Source: Bacilli bacterium | Lineage (GTDB): Bacteria > Bacillota_I > Bacilli_A > RF39 > UBA660 | Assembly: GCA_017460745.1 (NCBI GenBank) | Contig: JAFUAL010000045.1 | Coordinates: 75,741-139,740, forward strand | Reading direction: 5' to 3' | DNA: 64,000 nucleotides | In this document: positions 11,404-21,655 of the stretch, one piece after another | Numbering within the stretch: the first letter of the stretch is position 1 | Layout of the letters: the number at the start of each line of letters is the position of its first letter | The notes under the pieces: generated by a model | Seen by the model: the letters and a program-made list of their open reading frames with translations, nothing else | Database searches by the model: none | Told to the model about the DNA's origin: nothing | Translations under genes and position numbers: made by a program

Positions 11404-12078
11404 ATGGTCTTTAGAGAAGATAATAGAATTAATTATACAAAAATATCTAATGAATTATTAAAAGATAAAGAATTAAGTTTACCAGCTAAAGGTTTATTAA
11501 TTACTATGTTATCACTACCTGATGACTGGTCCTATTCAACATTAGGACTTACTTCTATTGTTAAAGAAAGCAAAAATACTATCCATAGGTTGTTAAAAGA
11601 ATTGGAATCAAAAAACTATTTAATTAGAAAGTCTATAAGAGATGATAAGGGAAGGTTTGTTAAGTATGATTATGTTATATATGAATTACCATATCCCAAT
11701 ATACGGGATACGGAATTACCAGATATGGAAATTAGGGATGATAATAAATTAAATAATAATAAAGATGAAATAGATAAAACACTACCAAGTGGTTATACAA
11801 GTGAGTTAATTAGACGAGGATTCATTAGTGAAAATGATTTTGAATTAGATAAATATAATACTTTGTTTGATGAGTTAAAGAAAGAATATGACTATCAGTT
11901 AATATATAAGTGTAGTAATTATATTATCAAGATGATGAAGTTAAATAAGAATAAGGATGAGTATGATAATCCGATAGAAGATAAATATAATTACTTTAAA
12001 ACAAGCTTGATTAATAATTTAAGATATATTACTCAAGATATATCATTGTGGGACTTTGATGACGATGAAATTAGTTAA
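11404..12078 (+). CDS. phage-type replication initiator-like HTH protein
   Basis: NYTKISNELLKDKELSLPAKGLL..MLSLPDDW N-terminal wHTH typical of replisome-organiser-like proteins; GGAGG RBS. Confidence 0.7.
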   Translation: MVFREDNRINYTKISNELLKDKELSLPAKGLLITMLSLPDDWSYSTLGLTSIVKESKNTIHRLLKELESKNYLIRKSIRDDKGRFVKYDYVIYELPYPNIRDTELPDMEIRDDNKLNNNKDEIDKTLPSGYTSELIRRGFISENDFELDKYNTLFDELKKEYDYQLIYKCSNYIIKMMKLNKNKDEYDNPIEDKYNYFKTSLINNLRYITQDISLWDFDDDEIS

Positions 12079-12250
12079 TAAGTCCTGTGGTCTTGTTTGG
12101 AGTATCATATTCTCACAGAATCAACAAAATAGTATAAATATATTAGAATTAGTTAAAACTCCATATATTGAGAATAAACAAGCAATAATTTAGTTCTGGT
12201 TATTTTGATAAAAAGCACTGACAAATAAAAAAGTACTCGATATAATTTAG

Positions 12251-12694
12251 TTGGAGGAAGATATTTGTATGAGTAGTATTAGTAAAAGATTATTAGATAA
12301 ACTATTTCAAGATAAAGAGTATCAAGAATATATTAATGAGTATGAAAATAAGAATAGTATTAATTTAGATAAATTAGAATCATTACTTAATAACCATATT
12401 GATTTATACAGGCTATTCTTGAAAGTTAATATCTTTTTATATAGATATGATACTAAATTACTTGAAGATGATTTAAAAGCTTTTAGTCAATTAAATGGAA
12501 CTACATTACGTATGGATGATATTGATAAAATAATGGATTATTACTTTAATAATTATAAAAGATGTAAGGATGAATTACATAGAATATGTATTCTTCATTG
12601 GAGACCACCAGCTGAAAATAGAATTATTAATAAGATAATTAGTAGAAAAACAGAAAAAGAAATAAAAGATATACCTAAAAGTGAATTAGATTAA
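12251..12694 (+). CDS. hypothetical protein
   Basis: ORF with GGAGG RBS before the internal ATG. Confidence 0.5.
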   Translation: MEEDICMSSISKRLLDKLFQDKEYQEYINEYENKNSINLDKLESLLNNHIDLYRLFLKVNIFLYRYDTKLLEDDLKAFSQLNGTTLRMDDIDKIMDYYFNNYKRCKDELHRICILHWRPPAENRIINKIISRKTEKEIKDIPKSELD

Positions 12695-12896
12695 CTTTTT
12701 AATTCAAAATGGAAAAAACACAGTATAATAAATTAAAACTATGGAGGTGTAGGAATATGGATGACATAACTAAATCACTATTAGATATAAAAGAAAAAAT
12801 ATCAAGTATTGAAATTAGTAGTGTTGAAAATCTAAAACAAATATTAGAAAATACAAGCGAAATTAAAAAAATTATAGACGAAATTACAAAGAAACA

Positions 12897-13175
12897 ATGA
12901 AAGGAGTTAATGTTGATATGAATATCTACCAAAAAATAGTAGTAGAAATATTAAAGTTTTTAGAAAAGATGGATAATGATGAAGAGTTTAAAAAGACTTG
13001 TCCAGATATTACAGCAGCAGAATATCTAATAGCAAAAGCTAATCCTGATATTAAACCACAAAGATTAATTAATATACTTAGTGGTAAAGCTAAAAGAATA
13101 ACATTACAAGAACTGTGTATTATATGTTACTGGTTAGATATTGAATTAAAAGATTTATTTAAAAATATAGAATAA
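12897..13175 (+). CDS. Cro/C1-type HTH protein
   Basis: RLINILSGKAKRITLQELCIICYWLDIELKDLF. Confidence 0.55.
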   Translation: MKGVNVDMNIYQKIVVEILKFLEKMDNDEEFKKTCPDITAAEYLIAKANPDIKPQRLINILSGKAKRITLQELCIICYWLDIELKDLFKNIE

Positions 13176-13287
13176 TTTATATTGATAGAATTAAAGCTTC
13201 TATCTTTTATTTTGTCTAAATACGAGATTTTTGTTAAAAAATATGGTATACTTTTTATGTAGAGGTAATACTTTGAGGAGGTATATT

Positions 13288-14988
13288 ATGTTAGATGAAA
13301 CAATTAATAAAAGTAAAGAAGACTTAATTTCGGAAATTGAAAAAAGAGTTGAAGATAAGATTATAGAAAAATCAAATGCTGATTTGCTTATTAAACTAAT
13401 TAATAATTCTGATAGTTTATCAGAAGCAATTTCTATAGCTCAACTTGGAACTACTTATAAAAGAACGGGATTCCACTTTGATAAACGACTTGAAAAGATG
13501 GATAATACAATTAAGTATTTTAAGAAAAATAATAAGTTAAGCTTTAAAAATGATGAATCTAAATTAACTCACAAATTAATTATTGGAGATAACTATGATG
13601 CGCTATTAAACCTACTTGTTGAATATAGAAACAAAATAGATGTCATATATATAGATCCACCCTATGGAAAAGATAGTATGGGTGAGTTTGCTGAAACTAA
13701 TTATAACAATGCGATAACAAGAGATAATCTATTATCAATGCTATATCCTAGATTAGAGTTAGCAAAGCAATTATTAAATAAAGAAACTGGTGTAATTATC
13801 TGCAGCATTGATGACAGGAATCAATCTTACGTTAAATGTATGTTCGATGAAATATTTGGTGAAATAGGTTTTTTATTCGTAGCACCACGAATTACTAAAA
13901 AAGGTGGAAAATCTACAACTACTATTCAAAAAAACCATGATTATGTTTTAGCCTACGCAATGCCTGGTAATGAAATAATTTTTTCAATGGATGAAATGGA
14001 TGATTCTGGGTATAATTTAGAAGATGAATATGTAGATAAAAGAGGAAAATACAAGTTAAGTCAATGCTTAGATTATGATAGTTTATCTTATAGTAAGTCT
14101 TTAGATTACCCAATTGATTACAACGGTCAAACAATATATCCTGGTGGTGATTACGAAAAATATAAAGAACGTCAGTCTGGAAAATATAAAAAAGCAGACT
14201 GGGCATGGAGATGGAGCAAAGATAAATATGAATTTGGATTAAAAAATGGATTCATAGTTGTAAAAAATGGTAATAATGGAAAACCAAGAATATACACTAA
14301 AACTTATTTAAATTGTTCTTTAGAAAAGGATAATACTGGGAAAATATATATTAAGTATACTGATAAAGCAGGTAAATATTATACAACTTTATCTTTTATG
14401 GATAATGATTGTTCAAATGATTATGGAAAAAAGGAACTTGATAAAATATTTAAGAATTCAAATGATTTATTTAAAAATCCTAAACCAATAAATTTAATAT
14501 CAAAATTGATTAAAATGTCATGTTTAAAAGATGATGCTATTGTGTTAGATTTTTTTGCTGGTTCTGGTACTACTGGACAATCTGTTATGGAATTAAATAG
14601 AGAAGATGGCGGTAATAGAAAGTTTATTTTATGCACTAATAATGAAATTACTAATATGAATCCTAATGGTATTGCTTACGATGTAACTACTAAGAGATTA
14701 AAAAGAATAATGTCTGGTAAATGTTATGATGGCAATAAAGAATTTGATTGGATAAATAATAACGAACCCTATGGCGACAACTTAGATGTATATGAAATTG
14801 CTAAAGTTGCTAATTTTGAATCTGCAGAAAATAAAACTCCATTTGATGTTATAGATGAAACATTATATGGATTAAATAAATTTAACTCTATTAAAGATAA
14901 AATTGAATGGGTATGCAATAACTTTGAACACACTCAAAAGAATATTGAATCTGATAATGCCTGGAAAGAAAGGTTGGAGAACGAATAA
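13288..14988 (+). CDS. mod: type III RM methyltransferase (Mod)
   Basis: IYIDPPY and LDFFAGSGTT in beta order; translationally coupled to Res. Confidence 0.9.
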   Translation: MLDETINKSKEDLISEIEKRVEDKIIEKSNADLLIKLINNSDSLSEAISIAQLGTTYKRTGFHFDKRLEKMDNTIKYFKKNNKLSFKNDESKLTHKLIIGDNYDALLNLLVEYRNKIDVIYIDPPYGKDSMGEFAETNYNNAITRDNLLSMLYPRLELAKQLLNKETGVIICSIDDRNQSYVKCMFDEIFGEIGFLFVAPRITKKGGKSTTTIQKNHDYVLAYAMPGNEIIFSMDEMDDSGYNLEDEYVDKRGKYKLSQCLDYDSLSYSKSLDYPIDYNGQTIYPGGDYEKYKERQSGKYKKADWAWRWSKDKYEFGLKNGFIVVKNGNNGKPRIYTKTYLNCSLEKDNTGKIYIKYTDKAGKYYTTLSFMDNDCSNDYGKKELDKIFKNSNDLFKNPKPINLISKLIKMSCLKDDAIVLDFFAGSGTTGQSVMELNREDGGNRKFILCTNNEITNMNPNGIAYDVTTKRLKRIMSGKCYDGNKEFDWINNNEPYGDNLDVYEIAKVANFESAENKTPFDVIDETLYGLNKFNSIKDKIEWVCNNFEHTQKNIESDNAWKERLENE

Positions 14989-17093
14989 TGTTAAAGGAAG
15001 CTATTGAACTCCAACAAAATGCAGTGTCAAAATTAGTAGAATTAATTGAAGAAAGAGATGAATTAACTTTTAGAGCTCCTACTGGTAGTGGAAAAACATA
15101 TATGATGGCTGATTTTATGAACAGAATACTAGATGAAAATGAGGATGTTATATTTCTAGTTTCTACTCTATCTAAAGGAAATTTAGCACAACAAAATTTT
15201 GATAAGTTTCGAGAATATAAAGATAAAGGTAGATTTAAAAAAATAAATCCCTATTTAATATCAAGTGAAATAAGTGGTGAGGAATCATTATTTGTCCCTA
15301 CTGATTATAATGTATATATCCTACCTAGAGATTTATATAAACAAGGTGGAAGACTTATGCAAGGAGCTATGGATAACTTTTTACAAATAATGACTTTAAA
15401 TGACTGGCTTGGTGGAAAAGATAAAAAAATATATTTAATTAAAGATGAGTGTCATGTTGCTACAAACAATTTGGATACACTTTCAAATGATTACTTTGAT
15501 AAAGTTTTAAATTTTTCTGCTACTCCTAAACTAAGAAGACGTCAAATTCCTGACGTAGAAATAACTGATACTGAAGCAGTTAATGCAAAACTAATTAAAT
15601 ATATTGAATTAAGTGATGATGAAGATATTGGAGTAGCAATTAATAAATTTGAAGAAATTAAAGAAAAATACAGAGATTTATTAGGTGTTAATCCTTGCTT
15701 AATAATACAAATTTCTAATAAAGATAAAGCAGATTATGAATTAAATAACATCATTTTTCCTGAATTAAATAAAGCTGAACATCAAGACCTTAAATGGATG
15801 TTAATTGTTGATAAGGATGATAAATGCGATACAAATGATACATTTAAAGCAAAAAAATTACCTGTCTCTAAATGGAAAGATTATGCTAAAGAAAATTCTT
15901 CAACAATAGATATTATTATATTTAAGATGGTTATATCTGAAGGATGGGATATTCCTAGAGCATGTATGTTATTTCAAATAAGAGATACTCAAAGTAAGCA
16001 ATTAGATGAACAAGTTATAGGTAGAGTTAGAAGAAACCCAAGATTATTAGATTTTGAAAGTTTATCTGATGAAGCACAAAAATTAGCAATGACTTCATGG
16101 GTATGGGGAATTATTCCTGATGATGGAAAGAAAGTTAGAAATGTTAAACTTTATGATGAACCAACTGATATTACTAATAATATTCAAATTAAAACAACTG
16201 TAATAAATGATTTAAGTAAAAAGGTAAATTTCAATGTTGAAGAATATCTAAATAATAATGAAAATCATAATCATTATATGAGTATATTTGAAATGTTTAG
16301 GAAGTTAGATAAATCTGACAATGAAATCAAAAAGATGTGTTATGATTACTCTGATAATTATCAAAAATGGTGGAAGTTTAATGAAAATATTGATAAGATT
16401 AAAACCGAAAATGATAAGTATGAGTGTGATTACCTTACTAGTATGTCGTTAAGAAAAGATGATTCTGGTGAGGAAATAATATCGTCATTCCCTATTTCAA
16501 GTATGTATGTTGATAATGGTAACTATGTTAATATAAGTGATTGGGTTTGGAAAAGAACTGATGGAGCTGATAAATTTGCTTTTGATAGCGAAGCAGAACG
16601 TGAATGGGCCAGCATATTAAAGGATCTATCTACTTCACATATTAAAAAGATTACTACAGGCAAATTGAATCCAAATAGTAAATTTTATAAAAAGGATTTA
16701 TTAGGAAATGATGTACCTGAAAGATTAGAAGAATATGATAAATATTTATGGGGAAAGAATTATATATCTAATTCAGATATTAAATATGAATATTATTTAG
16801 ATGGTATTCACTCATCATATCCTGACTTTGTATTAGTAGACAATGATAATAAATTACATTTATTTGAAGTAAAGAGTGTTAATTTTTCAAATGGACAAAA
16901 TGCTAATTTTGATTCAGAAGCCTATAAAAGAAAAGTTGATGAATTAAAGAAATGTTATTTAATTGCTTCAAGTCTTACAGGTCATATATTCTATCTACCT
17001 GTACAAAGAAATGATGTTTGGAATATAATAAAACTAGAAAATGGAACTGAAACAAATTTAACTATTGAAATGTTTAAAGAATCATTTGCATAA
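14988..17093 (+). CDS. res: type III RM restriction subunit (Res)
   Basis: APTGSGKT, DECH, SATP, EGWD, QVIGRVRR helicase motifs; C-terminal YPDF...FEVKS nuclease. Confidence 0.85.
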   Translation: MLKEAIELQQNAVSKLVELIEERDELTFRAPTGSGKTYMMADFMNRILDENEDVIFLVSTLSKGNLAQQNFDKFREYKDKGRFKKINPYLISSEISGEESLFVPTDYNVYILPRDLYKQGGRLMQGAMDNFLQIMTLNDWLGGKDKKIYLIKDECHVATNNLDTLSNDYFDKVLNFSATPKLRRRQIPDVEITDTEAVNAKLIKYIELSDDEDIGVAINKFEEIKEKYRDLLGVNPCLIIQISNKDKADYELNNIIFPELNKAEHQDLKWMLIVDKDDKCDTNDTFKAKKLPVSKWKDYAKENSSTIDIIIFKMVISEGWDIPRACMLFQIRDTQSKQLDEQVIGRVRRNPRLLDFESLSDEAQKLAMTSWVWGIIPDDGKKVRNVKLYDEPTDITNNIQIKTTVINDLSKKVNFNVEEYLNNNENHNHYMSIFEMFRKLDKSDNEIKKMCYDYSDNYQKWWKFNENIDKIKTENDKYECDYLTSMSLRKDDSGEEIISSFPISSMYVDNGNYVNISDWVWKRTDGADKFAFDSEAEREWASILKDLSTSHIKKITTGKLNPNSKFYKKDLLGNDVPERLEEYDKYLWGKNYISNSDIKYEYYLDGIHSSYPDFVLVDNDNKLHLFEVKSVNFSNGQNANFDSEAYKRKVDELKKCYLIASSLTGHIFYLPVQRNDVWNIIKLENGTETNLTIEMFKESFA

Positions 17094-17102
17094 GAATTAA
17101 AA

Positions 17103-17138
17103 AAACTCAAGATTTTATGTAATTATAATCTTGAGTTT
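17103..17138. terminator. bidirectional terminator
   Basis: AAACTCAAGATT / AATCTTGAGTTT 12-bp stem between convergent genes. Confidence 0.7.
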
Positions 17139-17140
17139 AT

Positions 17141-17410
17141 TTATATTCTATTTGGAACGTCTTTGTGAGTGTCGTCATATTTAAGTAATAAATATGTTTC
17201 AATATTTAATGCTTTTGCTAATGAATCAATAGTTTTAAGTGAAGGGTCATAAAGTTGTCTTTCTAAATCAGAGATATATTTATCTGTTAATCCCACTATT
17301 TCACTTAGTTTTTCTTGTGATATATTAGATTTAATCCTATAATATTTTAAATTTTGACTAAATACTTCCCTTATATCTATTTCTTTTTCTTTACTAGACA
17401 TTTCTACCAC
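17141..17410 (-). CDS. XRE-family HTH regulator
   Basis: NLKYYR...SQEKLSE...YISDLER...PSLKTI. Confidence 0.85.
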   Translation of the reverse strand: MVEMSSKEKEIDIREVFSQNLKYYRIKSNISQEKLSEIVGLTDKYISDLERQLYDPSLKTIDSLAKALNIETYLLLKYDDTHKDVPNRI

Positions 17411-17435
17411 CTCATAATAAAATTATATAAGTATG

Positions 17436-17471
17436 ACTTTGAGAAAATAACCTAGTACCACTTTGAGAAAA
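17436..17471. repeat. 12-bp direct repeat, candidate operator
   Basis: ACTTTGAGAAAA at 17436 and 17460 in the divergent promoter region. Confidence 0.5.
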
Positions 17472-17532
17472 ATTGATTTTATGTTATACTTTTATTATAT
17501 CAAAGTTTCACTTTGATATATGGAGGTGTGAT

Positions 17533-17946
17533 ATGGCATTAATGAAATGTCCTGAGTGTAATAAAGAAATAAGTGATACTACAAATGTATGTATTCATTG
17601 TGGATATAAAATAGGAAATAATAGTCAAATATATATACATCCATTTATTAAAAAAATTGTGCCTATCATATTTGTATTATTGGTAATATTTATTATAATA
17701 AATATAAATAAAAACAATGAAAGTGATAGTTCAGATAATTTAGTTAGTTGTGATGACCTTAGTTATTTTGTTGATACTTCAAAAACTAATTATGCTAATG
17801 AACATGGTTATAGTATTAATAAAACAAGTTGTGAGTTTGCTGGCTATATAAAATATACTGATACCGGAGAATATGGAATATCTATTGCTTGTGATTCACC
17901 GAACAAATTATATCATAAGACATTTAAATATAAATGTAGTAAATAA
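17533..17946 (+). CDS. zinc-ribbon membrane protein
   Basis: CPEC...CIHCG followed by a TM helix. Confidence 0.75.
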   Translation: MALMKCPECNKEISDTTNVCIHCGYKIGNNSQIYIHPFIKKIVPIIFVLLVIFIIININKNNESDSSDNLVSCDDLSYFVDTSKTNYANEHGYSINKTSCEFAGYIKYTDTGEYGISIACDSPNKLYHKTFKYKCSK

Positions 17947-17967
17947 AATATAAAGGAGGAATAAGTT

Positions 17968-18198
17968 GTGATTAATAAAAAGGATGTTATAGAAATTAAA
18001 AATGGTGTAATACCCTATGATAAGATTAAAGACCAAAAAGATATTACTTTTGTAATAATAACAAAAGATGAAAAAGTATTAGAAGAATCTATAAGAGCAA
18101 TTACAAAAGTTAAAGAAGATTATAAAGATAAAGACTTTAATGTTGTAATATCAAGTAGCTATGAGAAACTTTATACACTTAGTAATGGTAAGTTTTAA
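17968..18198 (+). CDS. hypothetical protein
   Basis: AAGGAGG RBS, GTG start. Confidence 0.5.
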   Translation: MINKKDVIEIKNGVIPYDKIKDQKDITFVIITKDEKVLEESIRAITKVKEDYKDKDFNVVISSSYEKLYTLSNGKF

Positions 18199-18312
18199 TT
18201 GAGATAGTATAAATTACTATCTTTTATTTTGTACTTTGTTTATATATTAATTATGATGTTAGAGATAAAGTCTGATAGTATCTGATAGCATTTGATAAAG
18301 GAGGTATTAATT

Positions 18313-18681
18313 ATGGACCAATGTTATAAAATAAAAGACCTATCAAGGATGACAGGAATTCCTTATATTACTTTATATAGAGAATTAAAAGATTGTCATT
18401 TAACTGGTTTTAAAGTTCGAGGAGCATGGTATGTATCAAAAGCCGACTGGTTATCATATCAATTTATACATGTATTTCAAGGTCTAGGAATAGATATGAA
18501 AGAATATATGAGACAATTAAAAAAAGAGAGAGATGATGCAATGAAGGAAATAATCGAAGCAGTTAATAAAAGTAAAGTATTAAATTCAAATAAAGAAGAA
18601 AAAATTACAGATGTAGAAAGAGAAAACGACCCATTATATCAATGCTTATTAAAAGTGTTTGAACCATATATGCAAAAATAA
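18313..18681 (+). CDS. excisionase/AlpA-like HTH protein
   Basis: YKIKDLSRMTGIPYITLYRELK...GFKVRGAWYV matches the Xis-like wHTH pattern. Confidence 0.65.
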   Translation: MDQCYKIKDLSRMTGIPYITLYRELKDCHLTGFKVRGAWYVSKADWLSYQFIHVFQGLGIDMKEYMRQLKKERDDAMKEIIEAVNKSKVLNSNKEEKITDVERENDPLYQCLLKVFEPYMQK

Positions 18682-18702
18682 ATAATATTTAGGAGATGAA
18701 TT

Positions 18703-18957
18703 ATGTATAGTAAGTTAATATGTATTGACAATGATAAAGATGTTCTTGTTTATAGTGATGGGGTTGCTGTTGTTATTATTGAAAAAGAAAATTTGTTATC
18801 AAACGAATTAGAAAGATTAAATATTAAATTAATAGATAGAAATCGGGAATCAATAGGTTCATCAAATGATAGGTATAAATTTATTTTAAATAAAATATTG
18901 ATGCTTCCTAAAGATAAGCTAGATGAAATAAAGAAATTAATTAATCATAAAGAGTAA
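18703..18957 (+). CDS. hypothetical protein
   Basis: AGGAG RBS. Confidence 0.45.
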   Translation: MYSKLICIDNDKDVLVYSDGVAVVIIEKENLLSNELERLNIKLIDRNRESIGSSNDRYKFILNKILMLPKDKLDEIKKLINHKE

Positions 18958-19097
18958 AATTCTGGTGTACATAAAACATTTGATTATCATTACATTATAA
19001 ATTAATTAAAAACGGGCTCTCAAAAGCTCGTTTTTACGTTATATTTGTAATAGAAACTATTTTTATGTTTTTTATTACAAAGAGGAGTGATTAGATT

Positions 19098-19721
19098 ATG
19101 GAATATTGTAGTAATGTTAAAAGAGGATATTGCAGGTGTTCTCTGGATGAAAAAAGAGATATGCAAAGTGTTAATCATCAAATTGAAGAATTAAAAAAAG
19201 CTGGTGTACCTGAAGAAAATATAGAATATGAATATATAAGTGGTACTAAAGAAAATAAACCTAAATTACAGGAATTACTTAACAAATGTAATGAAGGCGA
19301 TATTATTTATTGTTATGAACTTAGCAGAATATCAAGGTCATTTAAAGACTTCTTTAATACAGTTCAAATTTTAAAAGAAAAGAAATTAAAATTAGAATTA
19401 TTACTTAATGGTATAAGTGTAGATTTTACTAGAGATAAATTAGACCCATTTACTGATTTCTTTCTAAATATTATGATGGCTTTTAATAGTCTTGAAGTTG
19501 AAGTTATAAGAGAAAGAGTTCGTTCTGGTTTAGAAGGCGCTAGAAGTAAAGGAAAAATATTAGGTAGACCTAAACTTACTAAAGATGATATACCTGATAA
19601 ATTTTATAGAAAGCTTGATTTATTTAATAAAGGTGAAATTAATAAAACTGAATTTGCTAATGTTATGGGTTGGTCTAGACCTAAATTAAATAGGATTCTT
19701 GAATTAAATAATGTTAAATAA
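19098..19721 (+). CDS. small serine recombinase (resolvase/invertase)
   Basis: GYCRCS catalytic motif, SRISRS, ERVRSGL...GRP, C-terminal HTH. Confidence 0.9.
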   Translation: MEYCSNVKRGYCRCSLDEKRDMQSVNHQIEELKKAGVPEENIEYEYISGTKENKPKLQELLNKCNEGDIIYCYELSRISRSFKDFFNTVQILKEKKLKLELLLNGISVDFTRDKLDPFTDFFLNIMMAFNSLEVEVIRERVRSGLEGARSKGKILGRPKLTKDDIPDKFYRKLDLFNKGEINKTEFANVMGWSRPKLNRILELNNVK

Positions 19722-19728
19722 TATAGAA

Positions 19729-20913
19729 TTACTTTTGTAAGTTTGTAAGTTTCTTTCTATTAGTTTTATCATATTTATCTTTACATTTTTTCACATTTTG
19801 CCATTTTATAAAATTTGGAACTGACGATGATTCGTCTTTTTCTAATGCAGATAATTCATTTTGAAATAGTTGTTTTTCTTCTTCATTTTTAATTCTTTTA
19901 ATATGATTTTTAATTAATTCTTTTATATGTTCACAACAATAATTAGTTCCGTTGTTAGCAGGTTTACCGCATTTTTCACATTTTATTTTATTAACAGAGA
20001 ATAAATTAAGTAATGATTCTAAACATATACGTAATACTGTATGGTGTATTTCCGATTTCTTTGTAAAAGCATTAGGATCATAATCTGATAAGTTCATAAT
20101 GTTAGGATTATACTTATTTACTCTTAATTCAGGGTATGGTATATCAATCATATTCAAGTATATAGCTAATACTATATTAAAGTTGATAAGATAACTTGTT
20201 ATTTCATTTATAAAAGTAATATTTATTTTGTGTACATATTTGTATTCTATTTTATTTATATCAAGCTCATTATTTTCTTGATATTGAAATGCTTCTTTTT
20301 TAAATCTCTTATATAAAGAAGGAAATGTTTCAAGTTCTTTTTCAAGTTTTTGATACATATAACTTCTATTTTTATTATTTGCTAATTTTTTTAAAGTATC
20401 GTTTATATTATTTATTAAATAATAAGTTAAAGCAGTATTAATAATTGGATATAATTCAAATATGTGTGCTTCTCGATATTCTTCACAAGTACCTAGTTTT
20501 ATATCATCATATACATAACTATTTGCCGTTTGAATACCGTAAATGTTAAAAAATTCTATTATTAGTTTTTTTACATCGTTAGATAAAATTATATTTTTTA
20601 TTGATTCATCATATTGAAATAATTCGTCGGTAAAATTCATGCTATATAATTTTGAAAGTTGTTTACTATTTTTATCATATTTAGTGATTAATTTGTCGAT
20701 AGTATCATTTATTATAATTGGCTTTTTATTTAAATCACTTATTGCTTTTCCTATATTATTTATTGAATCTTTAATATCTAGAGTATTACATTTTTTAGTT
20801 TCAAGCCTTTTTATTTTTTCTCCCAATACTAAAAGTGAATCAGGAAAATCTATTTTACCTATGCTATATTTCTCATATTCTATTGTTTGTAATAGAATTT
20901 TTTTATTATTCAT
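19729..20913 (-). CDS. hypothetical protein with C-terminal Cys/His cluster
   Basis: AAGGAGG RBS before the ATG at 20913; CEKCGK...YCCEH. Confidence 0.55.
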   Translation of the reverse strand: MNNKKILLQTIEYEKYSIGKIDFPDSLLVLGEKIKRLETKKCNTLDIKDSINNIGKAISDLNKKPIIINDTIDKLITKYDKNSKQLSKLYSMNFTDELFQYDESIKNIILSNDVKKLIIEFFNIYGIQTANSYVYDDIKLGTCEEYREAHIFELYPIINTALTYYLINNINDTLKKLANNKNRSYMYQKLEKELETFPSLYKRFKKEAFQYQENNELDINKIEYKYVHKINITFINEITSYLINFNIVLAIYLNMIDIPYPELRVNKYNPNIMNLSDYDPNAFTKKSEIHHTVLRICLESLLNLFSVNKIKCEKCGKPANNGTNYCCEHIKELIKNHIKRIKNEEEKQLFQNELSALEKDESSSVPNFIKWQNVKKCKDKYDKTNRKKLTNLQK

Positions 20914-21154
20914 AATCTTCCTCCTTTTCCGAATTTTTCCGATACTATTTAATCGCTTTTTACAGGTTATTTTTTTTATGAAATAATTAATGCGTGCACA
21001 GGAAATAATGTCATTTGTGGTTGTGATTATTTCTTTATAATGCAAGTTGTCGTTAATGACATTTATTGTATATTAAAGCCACTTAAAAGTCTATTGGTAT
21101 TTTTCACCAAAAAAAATAGACTTATAAGCGAGAAAAAAATAGTAATTAAGGAGG

Positions 21155-21655
21155 ATGCTGCAATGTACGATTCTCGCTAATACATTTGTAGTAAAGAAAA
21201 ATATGGAAGAAACATTAAAAAATGGAGAATTAACTGAAAAACAAATGAGACGTTTGGAGATTTTAAGAAATTACAAACAAAACGAAAGAGCTAAAGGTTC
21301 TTATAACCCAGAAGAAGGAATATATGACGTTATTATTAGCAATATATCGTTAAGAGAAAATATTAATGGTAATCCTTTTATTCAAGTTATGTGTCTTAAT
21401 AAAGATAAAAAAGGATGTAAACGTTTATATGCTAGTTATTATCTTACTGATGGTACCGATGATTCTAGTATCACAGAATTGAGATGTCTATTAAGTGAAT
21501 ATGAACAAGATGATTTTAAAGATGAAGAAGTAATAAATGATTATTCTATTATGGAACGCATGCAAGTTTTAATTGGAGAAACAGCTCAAATTGTAATTGA
21601 AAATCAAGATGGTTTTATGAACGGAAGGCTTTATAGGGAAGTTCCTAGTGAATAA
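21155..21655 (+). CDS. DUF669-like phage ssDNA-binding protein candidate
   Basis: PEEGIYDVII...NGNPFIQV pattern; directly upstream of and overlapping the PolB gene. Confidence 0.45.
   Translation: MLQCTILANTFVVKKNMEETLKNGELTEKQMRRLEILRNYKQNERAKGSYNPEEGIYDVIISNISLRENINGNPFIQVMCLNKDKKGCKRLYASYYLTDGTDDSSITELRCLLSEYEQDDFKDEEVINDYSIMERMQVLIGETAQIVIENQDGFMNGRLYREVPSE

Noticed and set aside
21163-21180. 5-codon ORF (MYDSR) behind a strong AAGGAGG
   Set aside because: Could be a leader peptide, but there is no supporting structure or second example.
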